Shown piece by piece: positions 24,575 through 38,200 of a stretch of 64,000 nt of DNA (positions within the stretch are counted from its first letter, which is position 1; each line of letters begins with the position of its first letter). Under the pieces are notes generated by a model. The model did no database searches and was not told the DNA's origin. It saw only the letters and a program-made list of their open reading frames with translations. Source of the DNA: Mobula hypostoma (taxonomy: Eukaryota); the NCBI RefSeq assembly GCF_963921235.1, contig NC_086097.1:61754001-61818000 (forward strand), in the 5' to 3' direction. Position numbers and translations under genes: made by a program.

Positions 24575-25255
24575 CAAAGTTCAAAGTAATTCAATTATCA
24601 AAGCATGTATATTCCACCACATCCTACCCTGAGATTCATATTTTTGTGGCCTATCACAGTAAAACAACGAAATACAATAGAATTAATGAAAAATTACACA
24701 CAGAAACTTTCACACAACCGATGTACAGAAGATAACTGCAAAAATATAAAAAATAAATAAATAATGCTGAGAACATGAGTTGTAGAGTCCTTGAACATGA
24801 GTCCATAGATTTGGAATCAGTTCAGTGTTGAGGTGAATGAAATTATCCATGCAGGTTCAGAGCACTGACGGTTGAGAAGGTTGAGGAAAATAACTGTTTC
24901 TCAACCTACTGCTGTGGGACCTAAGGCTCCTGTACCTTCTTGCTGGGCAGCAGCAAGAAGAAAGCTTAATCTGGATAGTTGAGGTCCTTGATGATGGATG
25001 CTGCTTTCTTGTGGAAGTTCTCCTTCTAGATGTGCTCAATGGTAGGTGAGCTTTTCCCGTGATATACTGGGCTGTATCCACTACTTCTTGTGGGCTTTTT
25101 CATTCTTGGGCTTTGGTATTTCCATACCAGGCTGTGATGCAACCAGTCAGTATACTCTCCACTGCACAAATATAGAAGCAGGTTACAGTTTTAATGACAT
25201 GGTGAATCTGCGGAAACTTCTGAGTAAGTGGAGATGTTGCACTGTGTTTTGTGTA
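24575..25255 (-). mobile_element. Rex1/Babar-type LINE 3' fragment
   Basis: DTAQYITGK...RRYRSLRSHSSRLRNSYFP; reversed tail ttcaaagttcaaagt. Confidence 0.7.
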
Positions 25256-26539
25256 CTGTAACAGATATCCTAGAATGTTATGGTAGTGCGAGAGTAATGA
25301 CCATTTTGGTCATTCTCCCATCACATCCAATTCTGTTTTCAGATGGATACTCACTGTGGACCACAGAGGACCACAGAGAAATGTTGATGACAACAGTGAG
25401 GTTGGAAAAAGATGATTGATTGTTGGCTTTCCACCTTCAGGGTGCTATCATGTTTCCATGATACTAAATCTGCCTGATTTTTGCACAAAACTAAAAAAAA
25501 ATTCTAATATGTTTATTCCATGAACACAGAAGTCTGCATAACATTAGCTGAAATTAAAATGAACAATTACTGATTGCTTTGATGGCTGCATAAATATAAG
25601 CAAATAGAAATAAGATTATGGGAATCAGGATTAAACTAAAATATGACATATGTAACTCATCCTTTCATTAATAATGCTTATTTACTTCCTGATGTTCATT
25701 ATGATCTTGGCTGAGAAAGCACATTCAATCAAATAATTGGCAACCTAAGATTATTATGGATATGCAGGCAACATGTAGTTAAAATGTTATTAATGTTGTA
25801 ATATTTTTTGTGTTAATCATTAATATGAAATATTACTCTAAACACATGGCATATACTATACACAAAATGCAATGTGCAACTGTCTTCAGTCTAGAGGATT
25901 CTTGTTTTAGCGAATGAGAAATGTAAAATGGTAATGGAATTTTGGCAAGTAACACAATGCCAATTTTGACAGCATTTATTATTTTGCATTTCTTCAGTTA
26001 TTATTTTGAATTTTATAGTGGAATGGGTGACCCTAAAGTGACGCATGCATTTCACACCAATAGGATTCTGTTTTCTGGAAAATATAATCCCTAGTGAGAA
26101 CTCATCATCAAATCCAGAAGGGAAAAGCTTTGTAGATTGATTGAGTTAGACAAAATTAAACAATACTCAGTGCTTACTGAAAGGCTGCTGTAAATATTTG
26201 CTATTGATCATGTACAAAATAGCAGATCCAAATCATTTAGGAAAGAACAGATGCGTGCTTGGAAACAGTTTTGTAGTTGAGAATATTCTCAATTTTCATT
26301 CAGTTCTTTACTGTAAAAAATGAAAATTCTGGAATGGAATTAATTTTAGAGAATTGAGATCAGATAATCTACCAGCTGCGTGAGAATCATGGAAACTTCT
26401 CATTACACGTCTGTAATATTTGACTTTTTCTTTGTCTATCAAACAAAATTGTCTCGTAACAAGCAATAGGTTAAGAATAAATATCAGATTCCCCATAACA
26501 TAAGATCAATGACTTAAGTGACCAAAGGAATGACACAAG

Positions 26540-27100
26540 TCTAGAAATTGCATTCCGTGGAGCCTACGTTTTGGGTGCATTGTGAACAGCCAAGGCCCCA
26601 GACTGTTTCACAGGAAGCATGGTCACAGTATATTCTTGAGGTTGAATATCTTGTTTTTAATGCCTCAACACAGCATTTGGCCTACTGAAGGGATGGTATT
26701 TAAAGACGAAAATCTCAAACCTGAAACAACATGTTTTACAAGGGTCTGTGGCCTATAAACACTTCTGCGACTTGGAATACCTGAGAGTATTTGAAAGATA
26801 TCACCGAAGTTGTTTCCACAAAATGCTCCAAATCCAGTGGGAGGGTAAACAATCTTATGTCAGCATTCTTTCCCAGGACATCAGACTAGCAATAACACAT
26901 AACTCAAGCTAGTTACCGCCCAGAAAGGAAAAAATTCAAAGATATTCTTAAAGCTTCCTTGAGAAATGTCAAACATCTTATGACCCCTCGGAATCCTTGG
27001 TTCATGGTCTATGATTGCTCGAAGTGAGGACTACTGAGGATGGCACTGAGAACTTGCATCCAAGTTTGGGAGTGTACATCAAAGAATACAGCAGAAAGAA
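26540..27100 (+). mobile_element. Highly decayed RTE-like LINE 3' fragment
   Basis: Residual ...RKKFKDILKASL... and ...KMLQIQWE... motifs. Confidence 0.35.
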
Positions 27101-27719
27101 CTCACAATCTTGTAGACCATCCACGCCATGTTGGCTTTCTCAGTCAGTTCTGAGCCAAAAACACTTGTGCATAAGTAATTCAACCTTAATACTGAGGGAA
27201 TAAGTAGGACGTCAAAGGCCAAGATTAATAGAATAAACACACATAAGGACTTAGTAGAAAAATACAGTCAGCCATTTGGACCATCAAGTCAACGCCAGCT
27301 AAGTGCAAATAAGATCCAGTTAGAACTATCCTACTGCACTCATCTCCGTATCCCTGAAAATTGTTCCTTTCCATTTTTTATGCAGCTCTCTTTGGAATAT
27401 CATGAATTAATCTATCTCTATCCCTAACCCTAGTAGTCAACTAACCACTTTCTATGTAAAACGTGTTTTGCTCATTTAATTTCAGGATTTTTTTTTCCCA
27501 TCCTGTTACTTTCTATAACCCCTGGTTCTTGAACCTACCACTAATGACAAAATCTTCTATCTACTTCGACTATATCATTCATACTTTTATCTTACCCTTT
27601 TCAGTTGCAGTCTATACACAGAATCAAATATTCCTAATCATTTTTATCACTGTTTAAATCTATTACATTTTTTCTAAAATATTGCATTCATCATTGGATC
27701 AGTGTGTTAATCAAGTACT

Positions 27720-28175
27720 GTATTTTAGGAGGCAAAGTGCTAGCAGGACATACACAGTAAGTGGCAGGGAACTTTGAAGTATTTTTGTACAAATAGAGAT
27801 CTTAAGGTGCAAGTTAGGAGTAGGAGTATTGTGAACCAGAACTGTACACAATTCTCCCAAGTGTAACTTAACATTGAAAGAGTGACATTAAACAGGATTA
27901 TGATGGTATGAGGGTCTTAGATAGGGTCAATATTCAGGGTCTTTTCCCAAGGGTTATGGAGTCTAAAATTGGACAGCATAGTTTTATAGTGAGAAGGGAG
28001 AAATTTAAAGAGATTTGAGGGGTACTTTTTCACACAAAAGGTGGTGGTTAGATGGAATGTGCTGCTTGAGGAGGTACTAGAGGCAGATAGAATAACAATG
28101 CCTAAGTAGAATTTGAAATGGTAACTTAGATAGGAAAAGCATAGAGAGATATATGTAGGTTTAGATAGAGATAGA
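27720..28175 (+). mobile_element. Decayed CR1 3' fragment
   Basis: ...ttttcacacaaaaggtggtggttagatggaatgtgctg...gaggcag matches the CR1 FFTQRVV..WN region. Confidence 0.6.
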
Positions 28176-28747
28176 GAGTGGCACACACCTCCGCTGCCTC
28201 CTGCCCTTCCAGATAGACGCCCACTTGTGCTTATACTCCCTTGCTGGAAAATTTCACCCAGGAAGCTTTCTATCTCCTTAGTGTCTCACAGTAACTACAA
28301 CCTCTGTTCTGAATTCCTACAATTGGGCAAAGTCTGTTGGAGACAATGAAGCCAAAAGAGGAAAATGTAGGATAAAAGGTCCAAATGGTTTTGTAGGTTG
28401 AATCCTGAATTGGTAAAGGAGATAGTGAATGTGATCAGGACAATAGTGGGGAGAGAAAACCCACGAGTTAATAACATAAGCTTATAATTCTCCTTGGCAA
28501 AGGAGGATGGTAGTGGTGAAGTTTGTTTAAAATATGAAGGTGAATCTATTTGCAAGAAACTGTGGCAATAAAACAGCTTCCAATGAAATCAGACCCAACA
28601 AAGCTTTCTGAAAGTCTTCTTCTGTGCAAGTCAGAAGTGCACAAGTGAAATTTGTTGATGTGTTATTACTTTACTCAGAAGAAACAGAATTAATTTGGTA
28701 ATCTACTCCACCTGCACTGTAGTTAAGTGAGATTGTGTTCTATAGGC

Positions 28748-29357
28748 TCACAAACACAAGAAAATCTGTGGATGCTGGAAATCCAAATCAACATATACAA
28801 ACGCTAAAGCACTCAGCAGGCCAGGTAGCATCTATGGACAAGAGTAACCAGTCAATGTTTCGGGCCAAGACTCTTCATCAGGATTGGAAAGGATAAGGAG
28901 AACTCAGAGTAAGAAGTTGGGGAAGGGGAGGAAGAAGTAGAAGGCGGTAGGTCATAGGTGAAACTGGGAGAATGGTGAAGTAAAGAGCTGGGAAGGGTTG
29001 GAGAAGGAGGAATCTGATAGGAGAGGATAAAAGACCATGGAAGAAAGGGAAGGAGGAGGGGCAGCTAAGGGAGGTAATGAGTAGGTTAGGAGATAAGTTG
29101 AGAGAGGGAAACAGGAATGGGGAATTGCACCAATCAACTTTCCATTTCTTTACTTCATCTCCTCCCCCACTCCGGGTTTCACCTATCACCTACCACCTTG
29201 TACTTCTTCCTCCTCTTCCCCCAACTTCTTATTCTGACTTTTCCTCTTTCTTTCCAGTCCTGATGAAAGATCTCAGGCCAAACCGTTGACTGTTTACTCT
29301 TTTCCATAGACACTGCCTGTCCTGCTGAATTCCTCAGGCATTGTGTGTGTGTTGCCT
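28748..29357. mobile_element. Penelope 3' regions as an inverted pair
   Basis: Minus-strand terminus with purine-rich arm (28748-~29125) and plus-strand pyrimidine-rich arm ending in ctgatgaaagatctcaggccaaaccgttgactg...cattgtgtgtgtgttgc. Confidence 0.75.
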
Positions 29358-31205
29358 TGTGTTGTAGGTTTACTGTGACAAGATGTAAAACATAGTAGGT
29401 TGTCCATACTGTATATTTGTCTTCCATACCTCATTACCTCTGAATACCAAACACAGTTAATTATCACAATGTAAAAATCATAGGTAGCTACTTACAATAA
29501 AAACAAGTAGATATCATGCACCTAGATTTTGTTTTTTTAAGGTCAAATAAAGGATATTGTTAATGGTTACTTGTGCAGATCAGTTAGATACCATCCCCCG
29601 TCGATAAAAAGGATATAGTTTCAAGATCCTCTCCAGAGACCTGAACACAGATCTAACCTGACTTTTTCGACCCAAATCTGACCACCTCTCAAGTATTCAT
29701 AAACAATCCCAAGTGATTAATTTAGAAAAGAGGAAAAGAACTCTTTCAGATGACTTAGCCTGTATTTATCCCTTATCAAATTTAATAATAAAACAATATG
29801 GTTTGTCAATTTCATATTTCATAAGATCTTCTTGTATATCCTAAATTACAACAGTTGATAGTTTAGTAATACTTATGGAGATATCCTGAGGTTACAAAGA
29901 ACATCACATAAGTACAAACTCTGTTTTTCTGTCTTTCAAAGAATCGATTAAAATCATGGTGGCTTTCATGACACTTTTCATAAAAAATATGAATTGAAAA
30001 GTATTTACAACTGCATTTTTAGGGGAAAAAACTTCAATTATATTCACAATCTTTTGAAACAATGAAATATTTTAATCTTTATTGCAATCATGGCATGACT
30101 AGCAGCCAAATACTTCACTTTCTAGATTTTATTTGACTTTAAGTGTTATTGCACATTTATTTACATCTGTTAGCAAAATCCATCTCCAAGCAAAGTCATA
30201 TTTTATTAATGTTACCTATCAAGTCAAGTGTCATTTTAACATGTTCCCTTATCTCAAACATTTTCAAATGTTTAAACAAATTTAATTATTAGAATTGCAT
30301 AGTTTTGTGAACAATGCTCATCATTTCACCTCAAATTTCTGTTTAGAAATATATAAATGAGAGATCCCTGTACACTATTGCTGTTTCTAACAATGATATC
30401 AATCTTTATGAATGTATATTGCACAATGGTATGGAATACTCTGCCCCATGCACCTCCACTACTTTCTAATATTTTTATGTCATAACTTTAACTGTAAATA
30501 CTAAACGGGAAAAAAGAAATGAGAACGAATGTAGTCAGTCAAATGGCAGGCTTTGTTGTTTTCTGTACGCAAAGTGTGAAGGACATCTAAAGTGTAGGTT
30601 CCGCTCTTCATTCGAAGACCAGTGGCATGGACGACTGGCGAAGGACATCCATGGATGTTGGGCTGTCCAAGCTTCGTAGGTTCCGTGTTTGGATGTTCAT
30701 GCAAGCAGGAGACATGAGGCCACTGAGTCGACAAAGCCAGAGGTTGAACCTTGAATTCCGGGACCCATTAGTGGTTAGTTTGGGAATTGATACTGAAGAC
30801 CAAAGACAGAAGGTCAATCAGAAGTCTGGAAGCTAAAACCAGATGGCGTACGCTGGAGGCTGGAGGCCTGCCCTGAAGTTGGATGACTTCTCGTGTGTGT
30901 GGGTGCAGGGGAGGAAGCAATAGGGCTTGTTTTGCTCTTGTCATTTTTTTTCCTGTTGTGTTCTGTGTTATTCCGCTGAGAATTGTGGACACGCTTTGTT
31001 GGTGTCAGTCTATGTGGTGACACTTGCAAAAAGATGTGTTTCTCGTTAACACAAATGACACATTTCACTATATTTGTCTCTATATGTTTGATAAATATGA
31101 CTCTGCATCTGAAGGTTCTGATAAATGTAAATTCAGTGAATAATAATGGGCAATTATTTTAAGGGAGAAAAGAAAAACAATGAAATTGTGCTTAAAATTG
31201 AGATT

Positions 31206-32040
31206 ACCAAAAGACCACAATTGGTTTACAGCAGATGCAATCTCACTGGCTCTCCACTCGGTCATAGATCACCTTAACAATAGTAGTACCTACATCGGGC
31301 TACTGTTTATTGACTACAGCTCAGCATTAAACACAATCATATCCTCAGTTCTAATCAAGAAACTCCAAAACCTGGGCGACTGTAACTGGATCCTTGACTT
31401 CCTCACCAGGAGACCACAATTTGTGCAGATTGGAAATAAGATCACCTCCTCACTGACAAACAACATTGGCGCACCTTAAGATGTGTGCTTAGCCCATTGC
31501 TCTACTCTCTCTTGACCATAATTGTGTAGCTAGGCACAGCTCAAACATCACCTATAAATTTGTTGATGACGGAACTATTTTGGCAGAATTTCGGATGAGG
31601 CACACAGAAGTGAGATAGATCAGCTGGTTGAATGGTGTCACAGCAACGACTTGAAATAAAAGCCTCCATAAACCTACCAGCCTAAACAAGTCCCCACCCT
31701 CCCCAAACATTCTCTCTTCTCCCCTCTCCAATAGTAAAGCCCTGAAAGCTCATATCACCATGCTCAAGACAGCTTCTATCCCACTGTTGTCAGACTCTCA
31801 AATGAACCTCTTGTAGACTAAGATGGACTCTTGGCCTCACAATCCAATCCACCCAATTAATGTTTTGGACTTTATCATTTGCTTGCACTTTTTCAGTAGC
31901 TTGTACACTTTATTCTGTATTAATATCGTTTTACCTTACTCTAGTTCAATGATTTTAATCGTATGAACTGTATGCAGGACAATTATTTACTGTAACCTGG
32001 TATGTATATATGACAATAATAAACTAATAGTAATACCAAG
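31206..32040 (+). mobile_element. Rex1/Babar-type LINE RT and 3' fragment, internally deleted
   Basis: TADAISLALHSVIDHL...LLFIDYSSALNTI...CNWILDFLTRRPQ; KFVDD; 3' end caataataaac. Confidence 0.8.
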
Positions 32041-32319
32041 ATGACAGCTTCACTTATCCATTTAGTAATCAACAACCTCTTTCAATATTTTTGATTCCAG
32101 TCTAAAGTATAACAAAACAATATGCTGGAACTGAATTCAAAGTCCATATACTTCATCACTGTAAAAAACATAGCTGAAGAACCTTTTTCTGCTGTTTTAT
32201 TTACTTGCAATTATTATTCTATTTTCCAAATTTCTCTGCCTTTTTTGTTAGCAGATATTCAGAGACTGAAAAAAACAAAAAGATTCAAATAGAAGATATG
32301 TAGCACATTCAATCATTTT

Positions 32320-32620
32320 AGACTATAAAGCCATAAGACATAAGAACAAAATTAGGCCATTCGGTACATTGAGTCTCTCTGCCATCTGATCATGGGTGAT
32401 TTGTTTTCTCTCTCAACCCCATTCTCTTGCCTTCTCCCCAAAACCTTTGATTTCCTGACTAATTAAGCACCTAACAGCCTCTGCTTTAAATATGGCTTGG
32501 CCTCCGCAACTATCTATGACAATGATTTCCACAGATTCACTTCTCTCCAGCTCAAGAAATGCCTCCTCATCTCTGTTCCAAAGGAATATCTCTCTGTTCT
32601 GAGACTGTGCCCTCTGGGTT
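32320..32620 (-). mobile_element. CR1 3' end fragment
   Basis: Reversed tail ccataagacataagaac...ggccattcgg; ORF 32413-32781 (-) ends ...FKAEAVRCLISQEIKGFGEKAREWG. Confidence 0.75.
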
Positions 32621-32779
32621 AAATCAGGGATTGCCACGGTGGTGTGGTTCGAAGGGCTGGAAGGGCCTTCTCCATGATGTGTCTCTAAGTAGTTAGAATT
32701 CTTTCTGTCATGAACTCTTTGGACCAGCACAGAGCACCAGAGAGCGTCAAGCCTTGGCACGCTGACACACCTAAACATC

Positions 32780-33062
32780 ATTTATTTATTTATTGAAACA
32801 CAACATGGAGTAGATCCTTCTGGTCCCCTGAGCCGTGCCGCCCAGCAACAATCAATTTAACCCTAGCTTAATCATGGGACGATTTACAATGACCAATTAA
32901 CCTACCAACTGTTGTGTCTTTGAATTGGGGGAGGAAACCGGAGCACCTGGAGGAAACCCATGTTGTCACAGGGAGAACATACAAACTCCTTACAGGCAAT
33001 GGCAGGAATTGAACTGGGGTCACTGGTGCTGCAAAGTGTTGTGCTAGCCACTATGCTACCAT
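32780..33062 (-). mobile_element. tRNA-derived V-SINE (HE1-like)
   Basis: Minus-strand head with A box TAGCATAGTGG and B box GTTCAATTCC; V-domain-like ggaggaaaccggagcacctggaggaaaccca; CR1-like 3' tail and (TAAA)n end. Confidence 0.75.
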
Positions 33063-33087
33063 ACATTGATTTGTTTTAACTAGAACT

Positions 33088-35233
33088 TGTTAAGGGACTG
33101 GTTTAGTCATTAAGTTTTCCTTGTGTTTTTAGTGCCGCTTGTGTTTTGAAGGCAGGTTCCTTGTGCATCCTTTTGAAATTTGATTTTGATATGCATGGGG
33201 TTCCTGCGCTATATGCACTATTCAAAATTCATCATGACTAGCATTTATTGCTGAGTCCTGAATTTGGGTTCTGAGTGAACTAACATTCTGTGTTCTCTAG
33301 CCTTCTTGAGTAAGTACGCTCCCAGTCATTTGTTATTCCTCTGCTATGTTCTTCAAATAAATTCTCATCATTACTCTCTACCTTCGAGTGTTGAGTTTAC
33401 TCCGTGCCTGGGTTTGTTTGCCTAGGATCTCCTTTCAGTGGAACTCAGCCATCATGGATCCAGTAGGGTTTGATCAATTATGTACAGCATTGACCTGCCA
33501 AGAAGAGACAGTTGGATGGCGTAAAGAATTGTCTTTTTAGTAAACTTGAGAGGTGTGAATTCCATATCCCCAAAGTATTTTTCCTTGGATTTGTCACTTC
33601 CAATGGGGATTTACAGATGGACCCTGAGAAGACCTAAGTGGCACAGAATTGGCCACAACCTACATTGGTTAAACAGCTACAAAGTTTTTTAGGGTTTGCC
33701 AATTTCTATCGTCACTTCATTTGCAACTTCAGTTCTATCACAGGTCCACTCACCACCTCACTAAAAGGTCTGAAGGGCCTATCCACTGGACTCCAGAGGC
33801 AGAAACCACTTTCTGCCAACATTAAAAACAGATTTACCACAACGCCTGTACGTGATCCCCCAATCCAGATCTACCTTTTGTAGTGAAGTCTATGCCTCAG
33901 ACATTGGGCACCTGAGAATTATGCAACATTAAATGTCATTAAGAGGTGATTCTGGTGGTCAGGCATAACCAAAAACATCAAGGACTATTCTTCGGCGGGT
34001 GAAATGTTTGTCGAAAATAAGGAATCTAAATCACTAACCCAAGGTCTCTTACAAACTTTACCTATTTCTACTCGTCCCCGATCTCATATTTCAATGGACC
34101 TTATCACTGGCCTTCCTTCATTCCAGGGGAATATTGTTATTATGGTTGTGGTGGAATGATTCTCAAAGGCATGCCACTTTGACCCTCTTCCCAAATTTTC
34201 CACAGCTTCAGAGACAGTTGATCTTATGTTATGAAATATCTTCTGGATACATGGCTTTCCCTGGGTTATCATCTCAGACCATGGTCCACAATTCACGTCT
34301 AAATTGTGGAAGGTTTTTTATCAACTCATTGGGGTAATGGTTAGCCTAACCCCTGGGTTCCATCTGCAAACCAATGGACAGACAGAATCAGAATTTGGAA
34401 AGATCCTTATGAAATTTGTTTTCAGGATACCCAACTAAATGGAGTGACCATCTTATTTGGGCAGAGTTTGCACATAATAATTTCTTACACTCCTCCATTG
34501 GGATGCCACACATTGAATATATCAGCTACAGCCTTCCTCTAATCCTGGAGCAAGAGTCCGAGGTGGGTATCCCTGCAGCCAATAGAATGGTTAAAAGATG
34601 CAGACAGACATGGTCAAAGGTGAGATCAATTAATAGCCAACTCCCAATAGCAGCAGCAGACTAATTGTCGAAGGTAACCAAGTCTTTTGTTCTGTCTGAT
34701 CCAGTGAGTTTCGTTTTCCACTCAAGATCCTCCTATGCAGGTGGAGTCTCCAAAACTGGCTCCTAAGTACATCGATCATTTAGAAGTTCTATGGCGAATC
34801 AATCAGATATCATACCACCTACAATTATCATGGACTTTGTGTATCCATTCTGCCTTTCGTGTTTCCTCCCTTAAATCTGTATTTTAAAGTCCTTTGGCTC
34901 TTGATTCCAAGTCTCCTCCACCTCCTCATTTTGTTGATGGTCAAGAAGTATACACAGTTCATTGACCGCTGGTTTGTTTAGTTTTGATTTTAATACACAC
35001 GTGATTCCTGTGCTGTATTTAAGTTTGTCATGACTAGCATTCATTGCTGAATCCTGAATTCGGACTCCGAGTGAACTAACATTGTGTGTACTCCAGTCCT
35101 CTCGAGTAAGTACACTCCAAGTCATTTGTTATTCCTCTGTTATGTACTTCAAATAAATACTTGTTGTTACTTTATATTTTGAGTGTCAAGTTTACTTCAA
35201 GCCTGGGTTTGTTTGCTTGAAGATCTCATTACA
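33088..35233 (+). mobile_element. Degenerate Tf1/sushi-group Gypsy LTR element
   Basis: Diverged LTRs 33088-33437 and ~34960-35233; gag start [19 protein letters not shown]; integrase HISMDLITGLP, ISDHGPQF, QTNGQTE; chromodomain start VDGQEVYTV. Confidence 0.85.
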
Positions 35234-35619
35234 GTGTTTTTGATAAAGCTTTCTATGACGAATTGATAAAGATTGCTAAGGGGCGACAGGTACATGCTAA
35301 ACCTCTTCAACTTCCAGCACTAATCAATTGGTGAGCTTTCTTGGCTGTGAAATCAATGTGTTTGGGCCAAGGCAGGCTATTGGTGATGTTCACACCTAAA
35401 AAACTTGAAGATCTCAACCCTCCCAATGTCAACACCTTGATGTAGATAGAGTTCCCCTTTCTGAAGTCAATGACTAGCTCTTTTGTTTACTGAAAAAAAG
35501 GTTGTTATTATGATATCATGTCCAAACCTCTCTATCTCCCCAAACTCCTCCCCATCCTTCTGCTTTCCATTGGAATCATTTCTGCTTTGTCCACTTGTCC
35601 CTCGCTACTGATCTCCCTC

Positions 35620-37057
35620 CTGACACTTATCATTGAGAAGTTACAGAACTTGGGCCTCTGTACTTCCCTCTTCAATTGGATCCTCAACTTCCTAACCAGG
35701 AGACCAGAATATGTGCAGATTGATGATAACATCTCCTCCTCACTGATAATCAACACTGGTGCACCTCAGTTGTGTGTGCTTAGCCTACTGCTCTACTCTG
35801 TCTATACCCCTGACTGTATGTCTAGGCATAGCTCAAATACCATCTATAAATTTGCTGATGATACAACCATTGTTGATAGAAACTCAGATTGAGACGAGAG
35901 GGTGTACAGGAGCGAGATATGCCAACTAGTGGAGTGGTGTTGTAGCAACAACCTTGCTCTCAACATCATTAAGACGAATGAGCTGATTGTGGACTTCAGG
36001 AAGGACAAAACGAAGGAACGCATACCAATCCGCATGTAGGGATCAGAAGTGGAGAAATTGAGCAGCTTCAAGTTCCTGGGTGTCAAGATCTCTGAGAATC
36101 TAACCTGGTCCCAACATATCAATGCAGTTATAAAAAGGCAAGACAGTGGCTATACCTTATTAGGAGTTTGAAGAGATTTGGTATGTCAACAAAAACACTC
36201 AAAGACTTCTACAGATGTACCGTGGAGAGCATTCTGACAGGTTTCATCACTGTTTGGTGTGGAGGGTGGGGATGTGGGGGGCTATTGCATAGGGCTGAAA
36301 CCGCTGCAGAAGGTTGTAAATTTCAGATCCATCTTGGGTACGAGCCTACAAAGTACCCAGGACATCTTCAAGGAGCAGTGTCTCAGAAAGGCAGCAACAA
36401 TTATTAAGTACCCCCAGCACCCAGGGCATGCCCTTTTCTCAATGTTACCATCAGGTAGAAGGCGCAGAAGCCTGGAGGCACAGACTCAATAATTCAGAAA
36501 CAGGTTCTGCCCCTCTGCCATCCGATTCCTAAATGGACGTTGAACCTGTGAACACTACCTCACTCTTTTAATATATATTATTTCTGTTTTCGCAAAATGT
36601 TTAGAATCTATTTAATATATGTATACCGTAATTATATACTGTACGAGGATGTCATGAACAGAGCAAACACAAAAAGAGAAATAATGTATGAGATCATGAA
36701 AAGGCAACATAACTTCATTGGACATGTGATTAGGAAAGAGGAGTTAGAATGCATGGTAATTATGGGAAAGATCGAAGGGAAGAAAACAAGAGGAAGACAA
36801 AGACAAATGACGATGGAGACAGCAGCCAGAGAACTGGGAAATGAATATCAATGAATTGATCCACTTGACCCGGAACAGGAGTGTGTGGGCCATGGCAATC
36901 AAAGCTCAAACTGGGCACGGTACCTGATGATGATGATGATGATGCTGTAATTAAATTACTTATTACTTACTTCAAAATTATGTATTGCATTGAACTGTTA
37001 CTGCTAAATTAATAAATTTCACGACACATGCCGGTGATAATAAACCTGATTCTGATT
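35620..37057 (+). mobile_element. Rex1/Babar-type LINE 3' half, interrupted by an RTE fragment
   Basis: NWILNFLTRRP, TGAPQ..VLS, KFADDTT, FYRCTVESILT, HPGHALFSMLPSGRR; tail aataaacctgattctgatt. Confidence 0.85.
36644..36944 (+). mobile_element. RTE 3' fragment (same family as 10931-11816) with 5-bp TSD
   Basis: EDVMNRANTKREIMYEIMKRQ; (TGA)n tail; CTGTA at 36639-36643 and 36945-36949. Confidence 0.85.
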
Positions 37058-37099
37058 ATCTCGGCAAGCATGCCCAGTGCTATGTTTCCCCTGCATCAC

Positions 37100-37817
37100 C
37101 TTCCTCACCACGGTTCAGGGTCCCAAACAGTCCTAGCAGCTGAGACTACACTTTGCCTGCAAGTCTGTCAGGGCCACCTATTGTATCTGATTCTCTAACT
37201 GTAGTCTTCTCCACATCAGTTAGACCCAACAGAGACTGGGTGACTATCCTGTTGAGCAACTTGCCGCAGTCTGCCAGAAAAGCAGGATCTTGTGATGGCC
37301 ATTCATTTCAACTTCTCTTTCAATTCCAATTGTGACTTGTCTCTCCATGGGCTCATTTACTGCGATTTAGGTCAAATGCAGGTTGGAGGAGCAACATCTC
37401 ATAGTCCATCTGGGTAGCCTCCAACCTGATGCTAGAAACAATGTTTTTTCTAACTTCTGCTAATTACTCCCCTTCCCCCTTCTCTCTTTTCTCCATTCTC
37501 CTTTCTGTTTACCCTCTCACTTGCCCATCACCTCCCTCTGGTCCACTGTCATCTCCTATTGGATTCCTTCTTCCTCATTATTTTACCTCTTCCACCTATC
37601 AACTCCCAGCTTGTCATTTCACTTTTTCTCTCACCTGGTTTCACTTATCACCTGCTAACTTGTACTCCTTCTCCTTCCCCCAGCATCTTATTCTGGCCTC
37701 TGACCCTTTTCCCTTCCAGTACCAATGAAGGGTCTCAGCTTGAAGCATTGATTGTTCATTCCCTTCCATAGATGCCGCCTGATTGCTGAGTTTCTTCAGC
37801 ATTTTCTGTGTGTTGCT
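37100..37817 (+). mobile_element. Decayed Penelope GIY-YIG and 3' fragment
   Basis: cagggtcccaaacagtcc...ggttggaggagcaacatctc...ctgggtagcctccaacctgatg homologous to 11866-12190; terminal aatgaagggtctcagcttgaag. Confidence 0.8.
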
Positions 37818-38200
37818 GACTATCTCCTTCCTGTACTCTGACCAATTTTTATTTGAGAAGTGGACCACTACGGTGGTATCATCCACAAACCTGTAATAGG
37901 AGTAAGAGCAGAATCTGGCCACCCAGTCCTGAGTGTAGAGGCAGTAGAGTAAGGGGTGAAGACTCAACATTGTGGAGCATCAGTTCTTAGAATGATCATA
38001 GTCCAGGTGTCTCTGCCTGTGCATACTGTTGGTCAGGAAGTCAATGCTCCAGTTGCATAGTGAGTCATTGACTCCCAGGGCCTGGAGTTTGGTGATAAGT
38101 TAGCTTGGAATAATTGCATTGAAGTCATAACTGCAGCAATAATCGTTAGTCATATATATGTTTCTTTATTGTCCAGATGCTCCAGGGATGAGCAAAGGCC
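37818..38200 (-). mobile_element. Rex1/Babar-type RT fragment
   Basis: PLLYCLYTQDWVARF...RFVDDTTVV...EYRKEI in ORF 37641-37970 (-). Confidence 0.65.

Noticed and set aside
28398..28490. Possible exon after ttttgtag (LNPELVKEIVNVIRTIV...)
   Set aside because: Ends in a stop after ~30 codons and has no identifiable homology.
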